This document shows, piece by piece, positions 57,456 through 64,000 of a stretch of DNA of 64,000 nucleotides. The translations under genes and the position numbers were made by a program. How positions within the stretch are numbered: position 1 is the first letter of the stretch; the number at the start of each line of letters is the position of its first letter. The stretch is from Opitutales bacterium (GTDB taxonomy: Bacteria; Verrucomicrobiota; Verrucomicrobiia; Opitutales; UBA2995): positions 2,160 to 66,159 of the forward strand of contig JAJDZZ010000005.1 of NCBI GenBank assembly GCA_022824405.1. The letters are read 5' to 3'. The notes under the pieces are model-generated. The model saw only the letters and a list, made by a program, of their open reading frames with translations. It did not search any database and was not told where the DNA came from.

Positions 57456-58121
57456 ATGAGCCTGAAAATATACGAATTGGAACACAGTCCTTATTGCATA
57501 CCCATCACCCAGGCGCTAATTGCCTTGGGAGTTGACTTTGAGAGTGTGGTCGTTCCGAGCGGGGACCGCAGCGCTGTCATTCAGGCGACCAAGGGGGCTT
57601 ACTATCAAGTGCCCGTCCTCGAACACGGGGATCGAGTGATCTACGAGAGCAGCGACAGGAGCCTCGATATCGCCCATTATATCGATAATGAATTTGCCGA
57701 CGGACGATTGTTTCCAGCGGATTCTGGCGGCCTGCAGGAAATCCTGGTGGAACACATCGAAAACGAAGTAGAGGGTTATACTTTTCGACTCTGCGACATC
57801 CATTACCTTCCTGCCATCGATGATCTGGTCGGCCGGACCATGTCCGTACGGCATAAGGAACGTCGATTCGGTCGCGATTGTATAGATCGCTGGCGGGCCA
57901 ATAAAATGAACCTCAAGGCGGAACTCGACCGGCTCCTGGCCCGCTTCGACCAAACCCTCCGACACCGGGAATTTTTGTTGGGCACGGTTCCACAGTACGT
58001 AGATTTTGCGCTCTTGGGTGTAATCGGGAACTATACCTACCGAGGCTACAATAAACTGTCGGAGGATCAGAAGGCCCTTGCCACCTGGGTGGAGCGGATC
58101 CGGGATTTTCGTTATTACTAG
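57456..58121 (+). CDS. Glutathione S-transferase / glutaredoxin-2-like protein
   Basis: Thioredoxin-fold N-terminus with SPYC and the cis-Pro motif QVPVLEHGD, followed by a helical C-terminal domain. The overlapping minus-strand ORF is rejected. Confidence 0.65.
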   Translation: MSLKIYELEHSPYCIPITQALIALGVDFESVVVPSGDRSAVIQATKGAYYQVPVLEHGDRVIYESSDRSLDIAHYIDNEFADGRLFPADSGGLQEILVEHIENEVEGYTFRLCDIHYLPAIDDLVGRTMSVRHKERRFGRDCIDRWRANKMNLKAELDRLLARFDQTLRHREFLLGTVPQYVDFALLGVIGNYTYRGYNKLSEDQKALATWVERIRDFRYY

Positions 58122-58130
58122 AGCTGGCTT

Positions 58131-58480
58131 ACTCTCGCCAAGATCGCAAAGCTCGCCAAGGGATCCGGCTTCGCCGGAACAAAAGTTAACGGAGGGGGGA
58201 CATTCCTGTCCCCCAACAATTACGGTAAACGGGTGGGGAAGCCCAAAAGGCGCCCACGGCGCTCCCCTCCCCCATTCCACATTCTTCATTCCTAATTCCT
58301 AATTGGCGCCGCAGGCGCCTACCCATCCGTGTCCATCCGTGTAATCCGTGGTTAATCATCTTTCCTCATCTGCGCTAATCTGCGTCATCTGCGGTTCATC
58401 TTCTCCCCAATTCCTCATTCCTAATTCCTCATTCCTCATTGGCGCCCCCGGCGCCTTTCGTGCCTCTGTGCCTTTGCGCC
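58131..58480. repeat. Mosaic repeat cluster (K, L hairpin, E-like, D, E, F, F', D, E, B)
   Basis: Modules read directly: actctcgccaagatcgcaaagctcgccaagg; ccggcttcgccgg; ggaggggggacattcctgtccccca (58191-58215); ttggcgccgcaggcgcc (58303-58319); catccgtgtccatccgtgtaatccgtggttaatc; catctgcgctaatctgcgtcatctgcggttcatc; ttggcgcccccggcgcc (58439-58455); tttcgtgcctctgtgcctttgcgcc. Confidence 0.9.
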
Positions 58481-59809
58481 TTTTTTAGTCAACCGTTCCT
58501 TCAGCTCCTTCCAATAAGCGAGCCGTTCCGCAATAAATTTTTCCCGCCCGGAACTGCCCGGAGTATAGAATTGCTTGTTCTCCAGCAGATAATCCTGTCC
58601 CGAAATGGCTTCGGGAAACTTGTGGCTGTAGAGGTAACCCTTGCCCAGTTCCAAGGCCTTGGCCGCCTTGCCGTGCCCATCTTTCAACCAGGTGGGCACC
58701 TCCTGGACGGGCCGGTTGGCGATTTCCCGTTTCACCTTCCCCAGGGCGACTGTGGCGGTATTGCTCTTCGGGGCTGTGGCCAGGTAAATGACCGCATGGG
58801 CCAAATTCAGTTCGCATTCCGGTTGGCCGATGAATTCGCAGGCTTCTTTGGCTGCCACCGCCAGTGGAAGAGCCATCGGGTCGGCCAGTCCCACGTCCTC
58901 GCTGGCCAGGATTATCAACCTCCTGGCGATAAACCTCGGGTCTTCCCCCCCTGCCAGCATTTTGGCCATCCAGTACAAGGCCGCGTCCGGATCGCCTCCA
59001 CGCATGCTCTTTATCAGTGCGGAAGCCGTATTGTAATGTTCATCTTCATCCGAATCGTAGCGGATCTGACGTTCCTGGGCAAAAGCTTGCAGATCGGCCG
59101 AGGTCAGTTCATGCCCCGGTTCCACACTCAGGACCAGGACTTCCAAGGCGTTCAAGGCGCGCCGCAAATCGCCATCGCACAGGCGGGCCAGGAACATCAG
59201 CGCCCCCTTACCCGCTTTTACTCCCGTGCCGCCCAAACCCCGCGATTTGTCCTCCATGGCCCGCTTCAAGGCCAGAATCACCTCCCCTTCGCTCAGCGGT
59301 TCGAGGTGGAATAGATGACTTCGGCTCAAAAGGGGAGCGATGATGTAAAACCCGGGATTGTGAGTGGTGGCGCCGATCAATCGGATATTTCCCTCTTCCA
59401 CATCGGGAAGCAGGAGATCCTGTTGCGCTTTGTTGAAGCGGTGGAGTTCGTCGATAAACAATACGGTGCGATTGGATGGATGCCGGCGAGCATTGTTCAA
59501 CTGCTGCCGAAGCTCCGCTACATTGGACATTACCGCGTTTATCCGCACGAATCGACTCCGGGTCGTTGCGGCGATGACATGGGCCAAAGAGGTCTTGCCG
59601 GAACCGGGTGGTCCCCAAAAAAGCAGACTTCCGAACCGATCCGTTTCGATCAGCTTGCGCAGCAATGAATGGGGCCTGAGCAAGTGCTCCTGGCCGATTA
59701 TTTCCTCCAATGCAAGCGGACGCATGCGTGCGGCCAAGGGTTTGACAGCCGGATTATTCCCCTCCGGTAATTGCGAATCAAAGAGAAAGGACTGAAACGA
59801 ATCGGCCAT
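58436..59809 (-). CDS. rarA: Replication-associated recombination protein A (RarA/MgsA AAA+ ATPase)
   Basis: Walker A LLFWGPPGSGKTSLA, Walker B VLFIDELHRFNK, and the MgsA C-terminal domain. The preferred start is MADSFQS (ATG 59809). The last about 16 codons (KKGAKAQRHERRRGRQ) are encoded by modules B and E. Confidence 0.95.
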   Translation of the reverse strand: MADSFQSFLFDSQLPEGNNPAVKPLAARMRPLALEEIIGQEHLLRPHSLLRKLIETDRFGSLLFWGPPGSGKTSLAHVIAATTRSRFVRINAVMSNVAELRQQLNNARRHPSNRTVLFIDELHRFNKAQQDLLLPDVEEGNIRLIGATTHNPGFYIIAPLLSRSHLFHLEPLSEGEVILALKRAMEDKSRGLGGTGVKAGKGALMFLARLCDGDLRRALNALEVLVLSVEPGHELTSADLQAFAQERQIRYDSDEDEHYNTASALIKSMRGGDPDAALYWMAKMLAGGEDPRFIARRLIILASEDVGLADPMALPLAVAAKEACEFIGQPECELNLAHAVIYLATAPKSNTATVALGKVKREIANRPVQEVPTWLKDGHGKAAKALELGKGYLYSHKFPEAISGQDYLLENKQFYTPGSSGREKFIAERLAYWKELKERLTKKGAKAQRHERRRGRQ

Positions 59810-59923
59810 TCTAAACTTTATTATCGGGGCAAAAACGCCGCTGCAAACCAAACTTGAACCGTCCCCGAAACAGAAAGTGTTTTACACTCGGAGCCTTATT
59901 CGACCATCTCTTACCGGAGATCC

Positions 59924-61564
59924 ATGGCCGCCCCCTCCTATAGGACCCCCTTGTTGTGGATCCTCCTCCCCCTGATTGCCGGGTACACCCTGGGACATCA
60001 TCTGCCCGAAATCGCGCCCCTGATTCCCCTTTCTTTCGGAATTGCCGCCTTGGGGGGAGCCGCATGCTCCCTGCGTCTTCGACGGAAAAGCGCTCTCCTC
60101 CTGATTTGGCCGATGGCCTTCACCCTGGGGATGCTCTCGGTTTCCCTGGCCTACTTCCAGAAAATCCACCACACCCCGGAGGCCTGGTCCCAAATGCCTC
60201 CACGGGAAGCTGTTCTCACCCTGAAAGTAAAACGCCTCTATGACGGGTCCGACCCCGAAATGGCCAGGGGGATCGCTGAAATAACCGGGACCCACTCTCA
60301 CTTGACCGACCTGGTCGGGCGCAAGCTCTATTTCTCCATCTATCACGATAGACAATTCATCTATCGCGGTTCCCGGCTAATGGCCCGTGGCGTATTGCGC
60401 TACCTTCCTTCGGGCGAAATCACCTCCTCTTTCGAAAAAGGCCTTCTCAATCGGAATATTCCCCTGATTTTCCGACGGGCCTTCCTCCTCCACCCCCCCG
60501 AAAAAGGAACGGTTAAGGAAATCCTTACGGCCCGTCTCAGGGCGAGGTGCACCGATCTTTTGGGCAAGGGCATCGAAAATTATCCGGATTCAATAGCTGT
60601 ATTTCGCGCCATGATGCTGGGGATAAAAGGCGATTTGAACACCGAGGATAAACGACTCTTTCTCAAGACGGGCACCCTGCATCTGTTCGCCATCAGCGGT
60701 CTTCACGTGGGAATCGTCGCCCTTTGCCTGGCCGGGATGCTTGGCCTCCTGAGAGTCCCCGCCAAGGTGTCCGTGGTAATTGGTTTGGCCCTGGTCTACG
60801 TATACGTGGAAATCACCGGGGCCAATCCATCTGCGGTGAGAGCCTTCGCCATGACCGCCTTCTTTTGGGCGGGCAACTCAATGGCCCGTCAAATGCCCCC
60901 CTTCCAGGCCCTGGCCGCATCGGCCGTAATCGTATTGCTGCTACAACCCTCCCAATTGTTCTCCCCGGGGTTTCAACTCTCCTATTCCGTGGTCACGGGA
61001 ATCCTCCTTTGGGGCATGCCTCTGCATGGAATGGTGCGGGACCGCCTTTACGCCGCTCAACCCCTGAAAAGTCGCTTCCAAGGCAAGGGCCAAAGCCAGA
61101 TCTTCAAGGTCCTGGAAATAACCCTGAGCGCCCTCGCTATCAGCCTTGCCGCCTTTTTGGCCAGCGCTCCCTTGAGCATCCTCTATTTTGGCATTTTCCC
61201 TCCCCCGGCTATTTTGTTGAACCTGCTCCTGGTTCCGGTTGCCACCCTGGTGATCGTTTCGGGAATGTTGTCGCTCATCTTCGGTCTGGTTGGGATGGAG
61301 TTGCTGAGCGTCTTCTTCAACCACGGTCCCCTAACCCTCATCATCCTGACCGAAAAGATGTTGGAAAGCCTGGTCGAGATACCGGGTTTCTTTTTCGACA
61401 TGGGCTGGACCCACGAACCTTTGGGATTCCTGACCCTCTTAATTTACCTGGGCTCGATCCTTTGCGGCCATGCCTTGCGCCTGTCGAAACCAAAACTGTT
61501 GGCCATCCCCGTCGCCTCCTTGGCAATTATGCTTTGCATCAACGCCCTCAGCCTTCAACTATGA
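59924..61564 (+). CDS. comEC: ComEC/Rec2-family competence membrane protein (no metallo-beta-lactamase domain)
   Basis: Polytopic membrane protein with the Competence-domain motif LFLKTGTLHLFAISGLHVGIVA. 546 aa. Confidence 0.85.
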   Translation: MAAPSYRTPLLWILLPLIAGYTLGHHLPEIAPLIPLSFGIAALGGAACSLRLRRKSALLLIWPMAFTLGMLSVSLAYFQKIHHTPEAWSQMPPREAVLTLKVKRLYDGSDPEMARGIAEITGTHSHLTDLVGRKLYFSIYHDRQFIYRGSRLMARGVLRYLPSGEITSSFEKGLLNRNIPLIFRRAFLLHPPEKGTVKEILTARLRARCTDLLGKGIENYPDSIAVFRAMMLGIKGDLNTEDKRLFLKTGTLHLFAISGLHVGIVALCLAGMLGLLRVPAKVSVVIGLALVYVYVEITGANPSAVRAFAMTAFFWAGNSMARQMPPFQALAASAVIVLLLQPSQLFSPGFQLSYSVVTGILLWGMPLHGMVRDRLYAAQPLKSRFQGKGQSQIFKVLEITLSALAISLAAFLASAPLSILYFGIFPPPAILLNLLLVPVATLVIVSGMLSLIFGLVGMELLSVFFNHGPLTLIILTEKMLESLVEIPGFFFDMGWTHEPLGFLTLLIYLGSILCGHALRLSKPKLLAIPVASLAIMLCINALSLQL

Positions 61565-61872
61565 TCGCACCTATCATGAAATCCGCTTACGAACTGGCCA
61601 TGGAGCGACTCAAAAACTCCGACCCATCCGAAACGATCCAACTCACCGATGATCAAAAGGAAGAGTTGGCCGATATCGACAACAAGTACAAGGCAAAGAT
61701 TGCCGCACAACGGATCTCCTTCGATCAAAAGATAAACCAAGCCCAATCGGATGGAGATTTTTCCAAGGCGGCCACTTTGCGGGAAGAATTGAGATCGACC
61801 CTGAAAAAATTGGAGAAAGACCGCGATTCGGCTAAAAACCTTGTCCGCGAAGGGAAACAGTTCAGGGGTTAA
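61561..61872 (+). CDS. Small coiled-coil protein of unknown function
   Basis: The ATG at 61561 forms an ATGA overlap with the comEC stop. The 103-aa product is charged and helical (MIAPIMKSAYELAMERLKNSD...). This is the only plausible part of the out-of-frame track ORF 60724-61872. Confidence 0.45.
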   Translation: MIAPIMKSAYELAMERLKNSDPSETIQLTDDQKEELADIDNKYKAKIAAQRISFDQKINQAQSDGDFSKAATLREELRSTLKKLEKDRDSAKNLVREGKQFRG

Positions 61873-61891
61873 CCTGGCACAGTGGTGCCGG

Positions 61892-62020
61892 GTAGTGTTC
61901 AGAGTTAAATTATCAGTGTTCAGTTGGCGCCAATCGCGAAATTGGTCCGCAGGCGCCTTTTGTATCTTCTATGGTTCCTCCTTCTTCTTAGCGTTCTTGG
62001 CGAGCTTTGCGAGAGTCTCC
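61892..62020. repeat. Mosaic repeat cluster (J-rev, expanded E, K-rev)
   Basis: Modules read directly: gtagtgttcagagttaaattatcagtgttcagt; ttggcgccaatcgcgaaattggtccgcaggcgcc; cgttcttggcgagctttgcgagagtctcc. Confidence 0.8.
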
Positions 62021-62440
62021 ATGTGGCATGTTCCGGTTGCGCTTGTAAACCATTCGTTGGAAGTCCTTCATGGACAATGGTTCGAGGACCCTTGCATAAC
62101 CTTTTTTTACTTCAGGCGAACGAATGGGTTTACCCGATTTCCACTTTTTTTTGTCCCAGGCCGACAATTCCCCCTGGGGTAGTTTAAGCGTTAGCTGAAT
62201 TTGGGCGACGGACAACAATTTGTCCCCGGGTCGTTTGGTCTGAGGAACCGGATTGCGCCAAGCCCGGTAGAGTTGGGGGATCGGCCTTTTCGGAGACGCA
62301 TCAGGAATTAGTTCTTTTGCCTTGAAAGCCATGCTCTGAAGCTCACTTCTTTGCGGATTCTCCGGCTTCAACTTTTCGACATCCCCGCTGACCTGACTCC
62401 CGGTCAGGAACAGGACCCCTATGCAAAAATACAACTTCAT
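61988..62440 (-). CDS. Possible secreted basic protein of unknown function
   Basis: The internal start MKLYFCIGVLFLTGSQVSG (ATG 62440) gives a signal-like N-terminus. The C-terminal codons run into module K. Coding status is uncertain. Confidence 0.4.
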   Translation of the reverse strand: MKLYFCIGVLFLTGSQVSGDVEKLKPENPQRSELQSMAFKAKELIPDASPKRPIPQLYRAWRNPVPQTKRPGDKLLSVAQIQLTLKLPQGELSAWDKKKWKSGKPIRSPEVKKGYARVLEPLSMKDFQRMVYKRNRNMPHGDSRKARQER

Positions 62441-62528
62441 TAGCCCGCTGGCGTCGGGGTTGGGGTCAGCCCTTGATTTTTGATATGTCCCCATATTGAA
62501 AATCCAGGCCTGACCCCCTGGCGGATAC

Positions 62529-62604
62529 CATTCCATCACTCCATCACTCCTCTCCATTCCTAATTCCTAATTCCTCATTGGCGCCACCGGCGCCCCCTGG
62601 CGCC
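62529..62604. repeat. Mosaic repeat cluster (I, D, E, extra ggcgcc arm) ending 1 nt before the stop of the ThyX-like gene
   Basis: Modules read directly: ccattccatcactccatcactcctctcc; attcctaattcctaattcctcatt; ttggcgccaccggcgcc; ccctggcgcc. Confidence 0.9.
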
Positions 62605-62605
62605 T

Positions 62606-63952
62606 TTACTCCGGTTCGGCCATTCCCTCGGTCACCCATTGGCGCGCCTCCGGAACGTACTCATAAAATTTGTGCAGGACTTTACTCAGATGCTCGGCAT
62701 AACGGAAGTGTGCTCCCATTCCAGTACGCAATTCGGCCTCATAGACAAATTTGTCCGCCTGGGTAGTGTGCTCGAAGGGTGTCTGCGAACCCAGCAGTAA
62801 CCCGTAGAGATAGGCGGGGGACTTGCGCTCCATCAGGGCGTGGAGGAGTTCCTTTTGCCGGCGCAGCAAGTTGGAGTGGTCGCTGGGGTCAATCTCCGGC
62901 GGCAGGTAAAATCCATTTTGAATGAGCGGTGTGAACCTGTGCCCGGTACGGTGACGGTTCAGGTCGCGAAGCTCGGCAATGGCCATGTTATTCCAGGCAA
63001 ATCCTACCCGCATGCGGCGAATGGCCGTCCCACAACGGCCATAGCGGTTGGCCCGGTGCTTCAAAGCTTCCTCGATACTTTGCCCCTCCGGCAAAAATTC
63101 CGGGGTCTCCGCATCTGCTTTCACCCAAACCCGGTCCGGACGATTTTCCATGGAAAGGGTCTCCCGGCCCAATTCCAGACTGTATTCCAATTCCTGCCGC
63201 GCCTGCTCCCGGTAAGAAAATTCGGAATGACTGTGCTTTACCAAGCGGGGAGAAAACTTGGTCAATTCACCTCGCAGAGCCTCGGCGCAACGGTGAGCCT
63301 CCCCCTGGGGAAGCGATTCGATGTGCTTTATGGTCTCCGTCCACATCCGCGAACTCATGACCAAGGCCAGATTGGTCTTTGTGGCGAAGGGAATAAAATA
63401 CCGCGCCCGATCCAGAGCGTAATTTTTTCGAATCCGCTTTTTCACCAGAGGCTTGGCCTTATCCGGATAACGAACCTTTTCCGGATGGGCTTCAGCTAAG
63501 GCTTCGAGCCGGTTGTATTCCCGGAAGTAAGCGCCAAAACAATCCAACATCAGGGAGCGCCAGTCGGCCGCGAGGGCGGGCGGAATTCCCAAGGTCTCGG
63601 GTTCGGGCAGACCGCTTTCCTTCAGGCTGATATAACGGGTGCTGGACTCCTGCCCATCCGCCATCTGCGCTATCTCGAACAACTTGTAGGCCAACCACAT
63701 CGATACGTCGTCAATGGCCATCGCAATACCGCCGGTCAGTCCCGCGATAGAGGCGTGGCCGTAATCGACAAACTTCAAAATGCGGTCGATCGAGGCCCCC
63801 GGTTTATCTAAATCAACTTTCTTGAGAATATTCTCCAGCCCGATATTGCTTCGCGAATAGCGGGCCAGAACGGAGGCCAGCAATTCGGGTGTCAACTTCG
63901 GGTTTTCTTGGGCAGCTCGAGGTGAAACCAGGGCGATTCCAGTAACTTTCAT
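62606..63952 (-). CDS. ThyX-like (Thy1/FAD-dependent thymidylate synthase family) protein, apparently two fused Thy1-like halves
   Basis: The N-terminal half has LARYSRSN, YGHASIAGL, QESSTRYISL and ARYFIPFATKTNL (Thy1-like, but without RHR). The C-terminal half has LRDLNRHRTGHRF and YEAELRTGMGAHFRYAE. Assignment is by motif resemblance only. Confidence 0.5.
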   Translation of the reverse strand: MKVTGIALVSPRAAQENPKLTPELLASVLARYSRSNIGLENILKKVDLDKPGASIDRILKFVDYGHASIAGLTGGIAMAIDDVSMWLAYKLFEIAQMADGQESSTRYISLKESGLPEPETLGIPPALAADWRSLMLDCFGAYFREYNRLEALAEAHPEKVRYPDKAKPLVKKRIRKNYALDRARYFIPFATKTNLALVMSSRMWTETIKHIESLPQGEAHRCAEALRGELTKFSPRLVKHSHSEFSYREQARQELEYSLELGRETLSMENRPDRVWVKADAETPEFLPEGQSIEEALKHRANRYGRCGTAIRRMRVGFAWNNMAIAELRDLNRHRTGHRFTPLIQNGFYLPPEIDPSDHSNLLRRQKELLHALMERKSPAYLYGLLLGSQTPFEHTTQADKFVYEAELRTGMGAHFRYAEHLSKVLHKFYEYVPEARQWVTEGMAEPE

Positions 63953-64000
63953 GAAACGCCCTTCAGCCTAGAAGCTCGGCTCCCCAGGGCGAGCACATTT

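Noticed and set aside
57516-58289. 257-aa minus-strand ORF opposite the GST-like gene.
   Set aside because: The plus-strand ORF carries the thioredoxin-fold motifs SPYC and VPVLEHGD. The minus-strand ORF has no motifs and runs into repeat modules.
60724-61872. 382-aa plus-strand ORF.
   Set aside because: Most of it is an alternative frame of comEC and is Pro/Arg/Gly-rich. Only its last 103 codons, after the comEC stop, are kept as a possible small CDS.

Overview
64-kb chromosomal segment, by eye roughly 55% GC. The gene content is typical of the PVC superphylum, most likely Verrucomicrobiota: a paired DUF1501 / PSCyt-DUF1549-DUF1553 operon, two formylglycine-type sulfatases, a Tat-signal Gfo/Idh/MocA oxidoreductase and an ECF sigma module. 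I can support about 55 CDS and 2 tRNAs (Asp-GTC, Arg-CCG). I see no rRNA, CRISPR array, transposase or integrase.

Housekeeping genes include eno, hemJ, tatC, ppdK, hflX, feoAB, dnaK, lpdA, rarA and comEC. Accessory content sits in three AT-richer islets: a PIN + RHH toxin-antitoxin cassette bracketed by 39-bp direct repeats, a RelE/RHH pair next to a 5'-disrupted hicB remnant, and a class-II Fic gene preceded by an attenuator-like repeat structure. There is also a 1876-aa tandem-fused double UvrA.

The most unusual signal is non-coding. Almost every long intergenic spacer is built from the same dozen short modules, which are tandem 6-10 bp units and small GC hairpins. They are concatenated in recurring order, mostly in one orientation, and often abut or clip the 3' ends of genes. 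I cannot assign this mosaic to any standard repeat class from the sequence alone.

All family calls come from motifs read in the translated ORFs. No database search was possible.
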